Shown here one piece after another: positions 52,043 to 61,803 of a stretch of DNA of 64,000 nt. The position numbers and the translations under genes were made by a program. The notes under the pieces are model-generated. The model searched no databases. It saw only the letters and a list, made by a program, of their open reading frames with translations, and was not told the origin of the DNA. The stretch lies in the IMG/VR virus record IMGVR_UViG_3300044971_004534; one strand, written 5' to 3'. Position 1 is the stretch's first letter. Each line of letters opens with the position of its first letter. Origin of the DNA: a virus.

Positions 52043-52304
52043 TTATTTGCAACAACGGTTAGTTGCCAGCAAGTTTTTACAGAACTTAATTTCGCTGTCC
52101 AATAGTTGAGTCAGTTCCGGTTCGACCTTGACGACCCTTCCACCGCATTTGGAAATGCGCTACCAGAGTTGTTTGGGACTGGTTACCGCTGGCCAATTGA
52201 ACTCTGTGCCAACTAACGACTAAATTTTTGTAGTAATGCTGTAACAAAACTACAAAATCTATATCGGCACAAAGACAAAATAAACTTTTTTAGTAATTAA
52301 TCTT

Positions 52305-52493
52305 ATGAGTTTATCCCTTTTTCCAAATGTTGTAAATAAAAAACTTTTTGTACAAGATACGGCTCCTGACTATGCTACTGCTGGTGATCAATGGTTTAAT
52401 ACCTTGAAAGGAATTTTACTTATATTTGTAAGAGACGACAAGGGTGTCGGTTATTGGATCGAAACTGGCTCATCTGTCAGTGATGGAGGTTAA
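52305..52493 (+). CDS. small tail-fibre-motif protein
   Basis: QDTAPDYATAGDQWFNTLKGILLIFV...GYWIETG is one copy of the P..(A)GD.W.NT..G..Y......W motif, which repeats in the 705-aa fibre protein. Confidence 0.6.
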   Translation: MSLSLFPNVVNKKLFVQDTAPDYATAGDQWFNTLKGILLIFVRDDKGVGYWIETGSSVSDGG

Positions 52494-52495
52494 TC

Positions 52496-52783
52496 ATGTT
52501 TCAATTCCCCAATCCCTCAGAAACTACAAGCTTTTTTATAAATGGCAAGGAATGGAGATGGGTTGGTTCTTATTGGGAATTAGTCAAAACAGCAGTGAGT
52601 GGTGGCGGTATTTCTTTTTATCAACAGGATGATGCACCTATTGAAGCTAAATTAGGAGATAGGTGGTTAAACACTCAGAATCTTACTGAATATATTTATG
52701 TTCAAATGTCTGCAAATCCAGACGTGTTTCAATGGATGGATTTAACTGGAGATTATCCCGGAGATACTTTTGTTGGAGATTAA
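52496..52783 (+). CDS. small tail-fibre-motif protein
   Basis: GGAGG RBS in the upstream gene end. FQFPNPSETTSFFINGKEWRWVGSYWE (FP..P....F.NG..W.W motif) plus APIEAKLGDRWLNTQNLTEYIYV. Confidence 0.65.
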   Translation: MFQFPNPSETTSFFINGKEWRWVGSYWELVKTAVSGGGISFYQQDDAPIEAKLGDRWLNTQNLTEYIYVQMSANPDVFQWMDLTGDYPGDTFVGD

Positions 52784-52787
52784 ATAA

Positions 52788-54905
52788 ATGGCAGTAAAAC
52801 CTTTAGGCTTTCCAAGCAATCCAACTGATGGTCAGCAGTATACATTCAATGGTAAAAAATGGATGTACAATTCTGACATTCCAGGATGGGAAGCTCTTCA
52901 GGTTACTGATGTTAAAACAATTAAGAAAGATACCACAAGTAGTCAAGTACTGTTTGGCAATGACGATACTATTGGAAGTTCGGCTTTTACATTAGGTGAT
53001 AACATCACCATGAATGCTGTAACTAAAACAATATCAGTAGCTGATGGTGCTGGTAGTGGTCTTGATGCTGACTTTTTACACTCAGTAAGTGGAAGTCGAT
53101 TCACTGAAAATTTGAAGTCAGGTATTTTGTATGGCGGATCACTTTCCGTTAATACATCTAATAATGCAAAGTTTGATGTTGCCGCTGGTTCAGGGATAAT
53201 AGTGTCAACTACTGGAGGTGGATACGGATCAACTGCAAGTCCATCCACTACAATTACTACAATTACTTGGTCTGCTCAGTCTTCAATAACAGTAAGCAAT
53301 ATAGGATCATATGACACTACTTGGATTTATGTTGATGAAGACGGAATTGTTCAACAACAAAACGGTGCATTTACTGATGAAAATTATAAACAGTATATAA
53401 TACTTGGAGCACTCGTTCATCCAAATAGGACAACGATAGCATTTGTTTCAAATCTTCCTACCGTTGTATATAATACATTAAATCAGTATGATGAATTTAT
53501 AAGAAAACTTGGTCCAGCAAAAATATCTGGTCACAGAATTTCTGCAAATGGTTCAAATCTTTTACTTGATAGAAGTTCTGGAGTTTCTTATATTATAGGC
53601 GGAAATTACGTTACAGATTCTTCTCATCCAAATGTTGTTAGTGATGCAGGGACTACTGCTGCAACAATTTATAGAATGTATTCTGACGGTGCTGGTGGCT
53701 ACACGACTGTGTCAAATACAGCAATTGATCCAAATTCATATGATAATGATTCTGGAACTTTGCAATCTGTGAGTTCTTCAGAATGGACAATACAGAGAGT
53801 TTATTATTTTCCAAAGAAAACAAACACACTTGCGATATATTATGGAAAAGTAAAATACAATTCTCTTGCAGAGGCCCTATCTGGAGTTGCAAATGAAGTG
53901 TGGACTGAATCTAATAACACAAAAGACAAAACTATATTTTGCGCGTATCTTATAGTTAAAGGAAACGCTTCTCAGCTAAACAACAGTTCAGATGCAAAAA
54001 TAATTCAAGGAAGTATATTTAGAGAAATCGTTTCATCTGGTAGTGGTGGTGGCGGTGCCGTAGAGTACATATCAGATCTTCTTGATGTTCAAACTTCTGC
54101 TCCAGTTATTGGAGAAGCTCTTATTTGGAACGGTTCAAATTGGGTAAATCAGCGTGCTATAACTTATATATCAGAGCTTGACGATGTGCAAACATCGTCT
54201 CCTACAAATGGACAGTTTCTTGTATGGAACGGTTCTAATTGGACAAATCAATCTCTCACCGGAAAAATATCTTATGTATCATCTCCCACTGCTCCAAGTA
54301 CTACTTTATACAACGCAGGAGATAGATGGTATAATACAACTACTGGTATTGAATATACATTAATAGATGATGGCAGTGATCTTTTTTGGGTCAATATATA
54401 TTTGAGTCCAAATGAAGACTACATTATGAGTGAACTCACTACTTTTATGAAGTACGTCAGTTCTAGTTCTACTCCAAGCGTTGCTTCTTATAAGGCTGGA
54501 GACAAATGGTTTAATACTTCTACCGGTGTTGAATATACGCTTGTAGATGATGGTAGTGACAAGCAGTGGGTAAACTTAAATACAAATTTTATTGCACACG
54601 TTCATCCGATCTATGAGATTACTTTTCCAACATCAACAGTTGCTTCATCTACATACTCCGTTCAAGATACAGATTATTATGTTGGAGTAAATTACGCTGG
54701 AATTGTGACTATAACACTTCCATCAGGATCTGCTGGTAAAATATTTGTAATCAAAGATGAATCTGGAAATGCAAGTTATTTAAATCGTTACATAAAAATA
54801 CAAGGATCTGGTGGTCAATTAGTAGACGGAAGTGCGTATGCTATTCTTAATATTAATTATGGATCTTTAACTTTGATTTATAGAAATGGCTGGAGAATCA
54901 TATGA
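52788..54905 (+). CDS. tail fibre / receptor-binding protein
   Basis: N-terminus LGFPSNPTDGQQYTFNGKKWMYN. Repeats EALIWNGSNWVNQ / QFLVWNGSNWTNQ and SPTAPSTTLYNAGDRWYNTTTGIEYTLIDDGSDLFWV / TPSVASYKAGDKWFNTSTGVEYTLVDDGSDKQWV. Confidence 0.8.
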   Translation: MAVKPLGFPSNPTDGQQYTFNGKKWMYNSDIPGWEALQVTDVKTIKKDTTSSQVLFGNDDTIGSSAFTLGDNITMNAVTKTISVADGAGSGLDADFLHSVSGSRFTENLKSGILYGGSLSVNTSNNAKFDVAAGSGIIVSTTGGGYGSTASPSTTITTITWSAQSSITVSNIGSYDTTWIYVDEDGIVQQQNGAFTDENYKQYIILGALVHPNRTTIAFVSNLPTVVYNTLNQYDEFIRKLGPAKISGHRISANGSNLLLDRSSGVSYIIGGNYVTDSSHPNVVSDAGTTAATIYRMYSDGAGGYTTVSNTAIDPNSYDNDSGTLQSVSSSEWTIQRVYYFPKKTNTLAIYYGKVKYNSLAEALSGVANEVWTESNNTKDKTIFCAYLIVKGNASQLNNSSDAKIIQGSIFREIVSSGSGGGGAVEYISDLLDVQTSAPVIGEALIWNGSNWVNQRAITYISELDDVQTSSPTNGQFLVWNGSNWTNQSLTGKISYVSSPTAPSTTLYNAGDRWYNTTTGIEYTLIDDGSDLFWVNIYLSPNEDYIMSELTTFMKYVSSSSTPSVASYKAGDKWFNTSTGVEYTLVDDGSDKQWVNLNTNFIAHVHPIYEITFPTSTVASSTYSVQDTDYYVGVNYAGIVTITLPSGSAGKIFVIKDESGNASYLNRYIKIQGSGGQLVDGSAYAILNINYGSLTLIYRNGWRII

Positions 54906-56122
54906 GTTTTTTATTCAACAATAGAGTTAGTTTTAATGGAGATGCAGTTGATGGATTTGGTAGATTAAAAGTCAGCCAGCCTTTTACTTTATTCGATTCT
55001 CAACATCGTTATCAGGAAAATGATAAATGGAACACTTTTACTACTACTGGAGGTTCTACTTTATTTAAGTTAAATGAAAGTGCTTTAGATCTTATTGTGA
55101 ATACAGTTTCAGGAGCAAAAGTCTATAGAGAAACAAACAGAGTTTTTCCATATCAACCTGGAAAGTCATTACTTGTTCTTAGCACATTTGTTCTGGCGAG
55201 TGGTCAATCAAATTTGCGTCAAAGAGTTGGTTATTTTGGAACACAAAATGGTGTATATTTAGAACAATATAATGGAATCAATTATCTTGTTCTTAGAACT
55301 TATGTAAGTGGGGCAGTTGATGACTCAACGTACAAAATTGCTCAAGCTGACTGGAATGGTGATAAATTTGATGGTAGTGGACCTAGTGGTAGAACTATAG
55401 ATTTTACAAAAGCAAACATACTTTGGTGTGATATTGAATGGCTTGGTGTCGGTGATGTTCGTTGTGGTTTTTACGTAGATGGTAGACCAGTAATAGCTCA
55501 CACTTTTCATAATGACAATCAAAATACAACTACATACATGACCACTGCTTCTCTTCCACTTAGAATGGAAATTGAGAATTTAGGTCCCACTTCAGTTTCT
55601 TCTACTGCAAAACAAATCTGCAATAGTGTAATGTCTGAGGCAGGATTTGAGGGATTTGCTCGTCGCTATAATGTAAGTAAGAGTGGTTCTACATTTACAA
55701 CTTTGACATCTGCCGGATATCAGTATCCTGCCATATCTTTGAGGATGAATTCTAGCAGACTCGATTCTGTTATTATTCCTTCTAATATAAGTGCTGTGCT
55801 TGATGAACAAGCTTCTAATAAGCCTGATGTGGTTCAATATAGAATATTATTAAATGCAACAATTTCTGGAGGTAGTTGGACAACTCACTATAATGGAAAT
55901 GTTGACTACAATATAACGGCGTCATCTGTTACTGGAGGAACTGATATTATTGGAGGTTATATTAGTAGTAGTGGATCTTTAGATATTTCTCAAATTAATG
56001 ATTTTAATTTTCAGCTTGGCAGAACTATGACAGGAGGAAGTGATACGTTTACTTTAACATTTACTGCAGTTAATTCTGGTGCTCAAATTTTATCAGATAT
56101 GTCTTGGTTTGAAATAATTTAA
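54902..56122 (+). CDS. virion structural protein in the fibre module (function unknown)
   Basis: 406-aa ORF, ATGA-coupled. DGFGRLKVSQPFTLFD ... YQPGKS ... WNGDKFDGSGPSGRTIDFTKANILWCDIEWLGVGDVRCGFYVDG is a conserved-looking beta-rich pattern. Confidence 0.6.
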   Translation: MSFLFNNRVSFNGDAVDGFGRLKVSQPFTLFDSQHRYQENDKWNTFTTTGGSTLFKLNESALDLIVNTVSGAKVYRETNRVFPYQPGKSLLVLSTFVLASGQSNLRQRVGYFGTQNGVYLEQYNGINYLVLRTYVSGAVDDSTYKIAQADWNGDKFDGSGPSGRTIDFTKANILWCDIEWLGVGDVRCGFYVDGRPVIAHTFHNDNQNTTTYMTTASLPLRMEIENLGPTSVSSTAKQICNSVMSEAGFEGFARRYNVSKSGSTFTTLTSAGYQYPAISLRMNSSRLDSVIIPSNISAVLDEQASNKPDVVQYRILLNATISGGSWTTHYNGNVDYNITASSVTGGTDIIGGYISSSGSLDISQINDFNFQLGRTMTGGSDTFTLTFTAVNSGAQILSDMSWFEII

Positions 56123-56163
56123 AAATAGGATTTTGATATATTTTATTATAATTATTAATTAAT

Positions 56164-57174
56164 ATGCCAACAATCAATTTTCCAACATCGCCGTATTCTG
56201 GACAATCTTATAATTTTAATGGCAGAACTTGGTACTGGAATGGTTACGCCTGGGATGTTTCTACATCAACTTCTGGTGGCGGAAGTGGCACTGCTGTTCA
56301 GTATCTTGACCAATTGGCTGATGTGACAATATATGATCCTTATGTTGGTCAGGCGCTTATATTCAATGGTAATGAGTGGGTCAATGATTATGTGGATGTT
56401 CCTGCGGATGCTGTTTGGGAGAATGCCGCCACTACAACGGCCACTGATATTAATGGAGTTCCAGCTGGTACTTCGTTAGCTGGATTAACCCCCATTCAAG
56501 TGCTAGAAGAAATATTATACGCATATCAGCCTGTGACTTTAAGTGCTTTCTCTATTGGATTGTCATCTACTTTTGAAATCGGGCAAACTGCTGGTGGTGG
56601 ATCTGCAACTGCAACTTGGTCTGCAACAAATAGTTCAAATATTGTTGCAAATGGAATGAGTATCACCTATTCAGGAGTTTCTTCAGGTACTCTTGTTACT
56701 GGGCAACCGTATTCGGCTGGATCAGGATTATCAATAGCTCATCCTTCATATTCTAGCTCAACAGTTGGTGCTACTTTAACCTTTACTCTTAATGCAGATC
56801 AGGAGCAGGGTGCTGATGCCACGCGCACAACATCTTCTAGATGGTGGAGTAGAATGCACTACGGAAAATCAACAAACGCATCGCTAACCACATTTATGGG
56901 TGGCACTTTATCTGGCGGTAGTAATTCTTTAATATCAAGCGCTTCTTTCCCGTCTTCATCTTTGAGTTTCAGTGCTGTTAATGGTTACGTTTATATTTTT
57001 GTTCATAATAATTATTCTATTACTTCATTTGCAATTGGTGCTACTGATGTTTCAAGTACATTTTCCATGGTTGGTACTCAAAGTATTACAAATGCCTACG
57101 GTGCAACAGCAACCTATAAGGTGTATAGATCAAACAATCAATTAAACGGAGATTTTACGCTAAGCGTATCATAA
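56164..57174 (+). CDS. tail fibre protein
   Basis: N-terminus MPTINFPTSPYSGQSYNFNGRTWYWNGYAWD and QALIFNGNEWVND. Both motifs are shared with 52496 and 52788. Confidence 0.75.
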   Translation: MPTINFPTSPYSGQSYNFNGRTWYWNGYAWDVSTSTSGGGSGTAVQYLDQLADVTIYDPYVGQALIFNGNEWVNDYVDVPADAVWENAATTTATDINGVPAGTSLAGLTPIQVLEEILYAYQPVTLSAFSIGLSSTFEIGQTAGGGSATATWSATNSSNIVANGMSITYSGVSSGTLVTGQPYSAGSGLSIAHPSYSSSTVGATLTFTLNADQEQGADATRTTSSRWWSRMHYGKSTNASLTTFMGGTLSGGSNSLISSASFPSSSLSFSAVNGYVYIFVHNNYSITSFAIGATDVSSTFSMVGTQSITNAYGATATYKVYRSNNQLNGDFTLSVS

Positions 57175-57178
57175 AAGT

Positions 57179-57580
57179 ATGCCAATATCAGGAACGGTTA
57201 CAGTATCTGGAGTTGTTGCTCCGACTTCAACGTCGGATACTTATCCTGTTACAGACCCCAAATACGGTCTTGGTGGATTGCGAAGTATCACTGGAGGGGC
57301 TGGAGACGCCCTTACTGACATTCCATCAGCAAGACGTGAAGAAGGCATGATGGTATATGTTTCTAATACAAGTAAATATTATAAATTGGTTGGCGGCATA
57401 GCTGACGTGAACTGGACTGAATTTGTTCTTTTGCCCGTAGACGCTCACGGTAATGTGTACATTAATGGAAACTTAAAAGTTTCAGGATGGATCGAAACTG
57501 ATACAGGAATACAGGGTAATCCCTATGATGCACCAGAATATCTCCAAGATATGAACCTGGATGGAGGAACTTATTCTTAA
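57179..57580 (+). CDS. small fibre-module structural protein
   Basis: 133-aa ORF. TYPVTDPKYGLGGLRSI...IPSARREEGMMVYV...YYKLVGG...NWTEF is a pattern I recall from phage fibre-associated proteins. Confidence 0.6.
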   Translation: MPISGTVTVSGVVAPTSTSDTYPVTDPKYGLGGLRSITGGAGDALTDIPSARREEGMMVYVSNTSKYYKLVGGIADVNWTEFVLLPVDAHGNVYINGNLKVSGWIETDTGIQGNPYDAPEYLQDMNLDGGTYS

Positions 57581-57630
57581 GTTCTGTATTAAATAAAACG
57601 TTTTACCATATAATAAGAGGAAATTTTTAA

Positions 57631-60600
57631 ATGGCAACAAACCCAACAATTCAATTTAAGAGAAAAACAAGTGCAGCAGGGGCTCCTGCATCTCTCAGTG
57701 CAGGTGAACCAGCATTCAATACTGTTGAAAATTTCCTATATGTTGGTAATGGCTCTGCAGTTAAGTGGGTTGGTGCCGAGATTCTTGACCACACAACGAC
57801 TGCATTTACAAGTACGACAAGTCTTGCTACTCGTAAGGCAATTGGTGATATTTTTGCTCCATTAAGAAGTCCAGTTTTTACTGGAACAATTACAGGAAAT
57901 AATGTAGTTCTTGCTGGAGATATAGCTGTTAATGGTGGTGACATCACTTCTACTTCCAGTACATTTAATTTGTTAGCAAGTAAAACTGATGGCTTTACTC
58001 TTAATATTGGTCCTAATACTGGATTTAGTAATACTACCACAATAAATATAGGAGCTACTTCTGTTGATGGAGCAACTACTGACATCAATATTGGCCATGG
58101 TTACTCAGGTACAAGAAACGGGAATATTACTATTAGTAGTAAAGCAGTTACCATTGGCGCTGGTGCAGGTATAACTATTGACACTTCCTCTATTGGCACT
58201 GATACAGCTACTACATTTAATTTACTAAATTCTACAGTTACAAATGCAAATATATTTGGTGCTGCTGCTACTTTTGTAGTTGGAGCAAGCGGATCTGGAA
58301 CCGCCAGTATACGAAACGCTACAACTAGATTTGGTGGAACTTCTGGTGGTGCAACTATTGCAACACAAACAACAAGCGGATTAAATCATCTTAGTATTAT
58401 TCCTTCAGGAAACTTAAGACTTTCAGCAACACGTTCAGATCTTTCTGGTCTTGGTACTCAGGGCACTATTACGATAGTGAACGGAAGCGGTGGAACTGCA
58501 ACAAGTGTCAGTGGAGCCCCGCTTTTGCTTGGCGATTATGCTGATTCATTTGGTAATCCTCAGCCTGGTGAACTTAGAATACTAGAATCAGGTGGTTCTA
58601 ATTATACTGGATTTAAAGCTCAGGCAATGAGTTCTGATTATATCTATACTCTGCCTTCCGCATTCCCTGGATCTTCTGGTTATGTGCTACAATCTGATAC
58701 TTCAGGCAATATGTCATGGGCAGCTCCTGCTTCATCTGCAAGCGTAGGGGTTACTGCAACAAGTGCAAGCACAAATTATAAAATGATATTTACAGATGTT
58801 AATGCTTCAAATACATCTGCATCATTGTTCATTGATACAACTTCTGGCATAGTATTTAATCCTTCTGCTAATAATCTTACTGTTGCTGGAAGTGTTTATG
58901 CAAATGCAAGCTTGTATCTAGGTGCAACATCTACTGGGCTCAATAAAATATATATTCCAGAAACTGATCCAACTGGTGGGTTTGCAATTAATGAATTAGC
59001 AAATGATATTGATCATATTTACATAGAAAAACAATTTCCAGGAGCAGCTGGTCCATTTAATAATGTTTATTATATGAAAGTCGGAGATGCTACAACGTAT
59101 GGAGGCTACGATGCTTTCCCTGTTGGTCAGCCTATTAATGTAACAGACTATGAGAGCAATGTTTCGTCGTTTGTCAATATAGGCGCTGGTGGATATCTCG
59201 CAGCAACCAATACGGGATATTCTTATTACAAAACTATAAACATTGGTCCAGATACAGGAACTGGCAAGACAACATACATTAATCTTGGAGCCGTCAATGG
59301 CACATCATCCAACTTGACCACAGTTTATGGTGCCATGTCTGTTACTGGCAATATTTCAACCAATCAAAATCTTGTTGTCAATGGTGGTACTGTAACCAGT
59401 ACTGCAACTACATTTAATCTTTTAAACACAACAGTCACAAATGCAAATGTTCTTGGAGACTTAAGAACATTGTCAATAGGCAATAATACGACTACTGGTC
59501 AAGTCGTGAATATGTTTACTAATGCAGCTGGTACGTCTACTTATAATTTTGCTACAGGTAATACTGCTAATGGTTCTACAAAAACTATAAATATCGGACA
59601 AAATAGTGGAGCTGGAGTAACAAATGTAAATATTGGTGGTGGCTTAAACGGTAAAACATTGATTGAATCTTCTATTATAGATCTAAATTCTGCAACTATT
59701 TCAAGTAACGCAACTGTTTTAAGTCTTTTTGCTACAAATCTTACAGTTCAAGCTTTTCATAATGCTCAAACTCTTTCATTAGGTGCCACTACAGGAAACG
59801 CAACTATTAGAAATGCTAACACAAACATTAATGGGACTCTGACCGTTACAGGTGCTACAGTGATTCAAGGAGCGCTTACGCTAAACAGCTCTCTTACTGT
59901 AACCGGGGCTACAACTTTTCAGGGTGCTCTTTCTACAAACAGTACTCTTTCAGTTACAAGTAATGCAACGTTTGGGTCTAATATCATAGTAAATGGTGGT
60001 AATATACAAACCACTTCTTCTACGTTTAATCTAGTTACCAATACTGCATCTGTAATTAATATTGGAACTACATCAGGTAGTTCTATAAATATAGGAAATG
60101 GTGGATCTACAACTCAATTTAATGGTAATATAGAAATTAAAGGCGCTTCTGATACTTCTACTGTTGGAGCTGGTTCTTCTACAAACGTTAATTTGTTTAA
60201 TACTACAGTAACTGGTTTGAATATCGGAGCTTCTGCAAATATTATCAATATAGGATCTTCAAATAGTACAACCTATTTTGCAGGTGGAGTAGATATTGCA
60301 AGTGCTAAATCATTTATGGTCAATGGCACAGCAGTTCTTAGCTCTTCCAGTTTAGGAACAACAGTTACGAATTCTAGCTTAACGAGAATAGACAGTTCCA
60401 ATCTTACTCTAACTGGAGACCTTGCTGTAAATGGCGGAGACGTAACATCTACGGCCACTACTTTCAATCTTCTGAATTCTACAGTTACTGGTCTTAATAT
60501 TGGTGGTGGTGCTAATACAGTTAATATAGGATCTACAACTGCTGTTATTAATCTTGGTACTGGCACCAACGGCGCTACAGTTAACGTTAAGGGTAACCTT

Positions 60601-61263
60601 GTTGTTGATGGCTCAACCACTACAGTAAATTCCACTACTGTCACCATTGATGATTTGAATATCGTTCTTGCAGATGGTCAGACAACTGCTGCAGGTGTCG
60701 ATGGTGCAGGTATAAGTCTTGGTACTTCTGGAATCACATGGAATTATGTACACGGTGGTGGTACTTTTGCCAACTGGACATCAACTGAAAATCTTGATTT
60801 AACAACTGGTAAGTCTTACAAGATTGGTAATCAATCAGTACTTTCTTCATCAACCCTTGGTCCATCAGTAGTCACTTCTTCGCTTACTCAGGTTGGTACG
60901 ATTGCCACTGGTACATGGAGAGGTTCTGTTATAGCTGCCAACTGGGGTGGTACAGGATTTGGAACATATACTGTTGGTCAGCTTCTGTATGCTGACACTA
61001 CAACAAGCTTGGCAAAATTGACAGCTGCTGCAACTCCTGGATCTCTTCTTGCAAGCAATGGTGCAGGTGTTGCTCCAGAATATAAATTTATATCTCTTAC
61101 AAACGGAACTGTTACGTCTTCTTCTGGAACTCTTACACTGGCTATACAAAATGCTGCTGCAGACGGTTCTACTAAGGGTCTTGCTTCGTTTAACTCAACT
61201 CAGTTTGACGATTCATCTGGCTTGATTACTCTTGATACAATTGATGGTGGAACTTACGCTTAA
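57631..61263 (+). CDS. giant beta-helical tail fibre (1210 aa)
   Basis: AAGAGGAAA RBS. N-terminus MATNPTIQFKRKTSAAGAPASLSAGEPAFNTVENFLYVGNG. At least six copies of the module (GD[IL]AVNGGD[IV]TST..TFNLLN[ST]TVT..NI.G). T/S/G/N-rich throughout. Confidence 0.85.
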   Translation: MATNPTIQFKRKTSAAGAPASLSAGEPAFNTVENFLYVGNGSAVKWVGAEILDHTTTAFTSTTSLATRKAIGDIFAPLRSPVFTGTITGNNVVLAGDIAVNGGDITSTSSTFNLLASKTDGFTLNIGPNTGFSNTTTINIGATSVDGATTDINIGHGYSGTRNGNITISSKAVTIGAGAGITIDTSSIGTDTATTFNLLNSTVTNANIFGAAATFVVGASGSGTASIRNATTRFGGTSGGATIATQTTSGLNHLSIIPSGNLRLSATRSDLSGLGTQGTITIVNGSGGTATSVSGAPLLLGDYADSFGNPQPGELRILESGGSNYTGFKAQAMSSDYIYTLPSAFPGSSGYVLQSDTSGNMSWAAPASSASVGVTATSASTNYKMIFTDVNASNTSASLFIDTTSGIVFNPSANNLTVAGSVYANASLYLGATSTGLNKIYIPETDPTGGFAINELANDIDHIYIEKQFPGAAGPFNNVYYMKVGDATTYGGYDAFPVGQPINVTDYESNVSSFVNIGAGGYLAATNTGYSYYKTINIGPDTGTGKTTYINLGAVNGTSSNLTTVYGAMSVTGNISTNQNLVVNGGTVTSTATTFNLLNTTVTNANVLGDLRTLSIGNNTTTGQVVNMFTNAAGTSTYNFATGNTANGSTKTINIGQNSGAGVTNVNIGGGLNGKTLIESSIIDLNSATISSNATVLSLFATNLTVQAFHNAQTLSLGATTGNATIRNANTNINGTLTVTGATVIQGALTLNSSLTVTGATTFQGALSTNSTLSVTSNATFGSNIIVNGGNIQTTSSTFNLVTNTASVINIGTTSGSSINIGNGGSTTQFNGNIEIKGASDTSTVGAGSSTNVNLFNTTVTGLNIGASANIINIGSSNSTTYFAGGVDIASAKSFMVNGTAVLSSSSLGTTVTNSSLTRIDSSNLTLTGDLAVNGGDVTSTATTFNLLNSTVTGLNIGGGANTVNIGSTTAVINLGTGTNGATVNVKGNLVVDGSTTTVNSTTVTIDDLNIVLADGQTTAAGVDGAGISLGTSGITWNYVHGGGTFANWTSTENLDLTTGKSYKIGNQSVLSSSTLGPSVVTSSLTQVGTIATGTWRGSVIAANWGGTGFGTYTVGQLLYADTTTSLAKLTAAATPGSLLASNGAGVAPEYKFISLTNGTVTSSSGTLTLAIQNAAADGSTKGLASFNSTQFDDSSGLITLDTIDGGTYA

Positions 61264-61283
61264 TACAAATTAATTAAGATAAT

Positions 61284-61313
61284 AAAAAGGGCGATGTTAA
61301 TATCGCCCTTTTT
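61284..61313 (+). terminator. rho-independent terminator
   Basis: aaaaagggcgat gttaat atcgcccttttt forms a 12-bp stem immediately after the fibre gene. Confidence 0.8.
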
Positions 61314-61344
61314 ATTATAATTCCGATAAATTTTTGGAGGTTTT

Positions 61345-61548
61345 ATGGAAGAAAAATTAGCTTTTTATGAAAATTATTACATTCCCTTATTAAAGAAGAG
61401 ACTGTCAGATATGAGTGCTTCTTTTCCAGAAGCGGAGGCAGCTTTGGTGTTTTTTAAAGAAAAATGTTCTAAACTGGAATCAGAAAATAAGCTTTTAAAA
61501 GATCATTTAAATAGTATTTCTTCTCCAAATAATTCTGATTACAAGTAG
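61345..61548 (+). CDS. small coiled-coil protein, paralog 1 (fibre chaperone/assembly candidate)
   Basis: GGAGG RBS. MEEKLAFYENYYIPLLKKRLSD...AEAALVFFKEKCSKLESENKLLK parallels the next gene. Confidence 0.65.
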   Translation: MEEKLAFYENYYIPLLKKRLSDMSASFPEAEAALVFFKEKCSKLESENKLLKDHLNSISSPNNSDYK

Positions 61549-61557
61549 GAGATATGA

Positions 61558-61794
61558 ATGGAAGAAATTTTTAAATTTTATGAATCTAATCTAATACCTT
61601 ATTTTAAAAGTAAACACGCTGATTTGGTTTTAAGGGTTGCAGAGCTAGAAGCTCTTGCTTTGTTTCAAGAATCAAAAATAAAAAATCTTGAAGAAAAAAT
61701 AAAACAAATGGAAAATGGTGCTTTTTTAAGTAATCAAGATACAGCTATCAATGCAGTAGCTAATGGTAAAAAATCAAAAAAGCAAAAATATTGA
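61558..61794 (+). CDS. small coiled-coil protein, paralog 2
   Basis: GGAGATATGA context. MEEIFKFYESNLIPYFKSKHAD...LEALALFQESKIKNLEEKIKQ. Confidence 0.65.
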   Translation: MEEIFKFYESNLIPYFKSKHADLVLRVAELEALALFQESKIKNLEEKIKQMENGAFLSNQDTAINAVANGKKSKKQKY

Positions 61795-61803
61795 GTTTTA
61801 TAA

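Noticed and set aside
52059-52072. 14-mer TTAGTTGCCAGCAA shared with 11443-11456, the stop region of the 55-aa membrane peptide gene
   Set aside because: By a rough estimate, tens of chance 14-mer matches are expected in a 64-kb self-comparison on both strands. The minus-strand frame at 52059 hits a stop after 5 codons, so it is not a paralog.
52120-52140. tRNA-like GGTTCGA sequences (here and at ~51709)
   Set aside because: I could not build a 5-bp T-stem, an anticodon arm with a 7-nt loop, or an acceptor stem around either site on either strand. The 51709 site lies inside the ATPase CDS.
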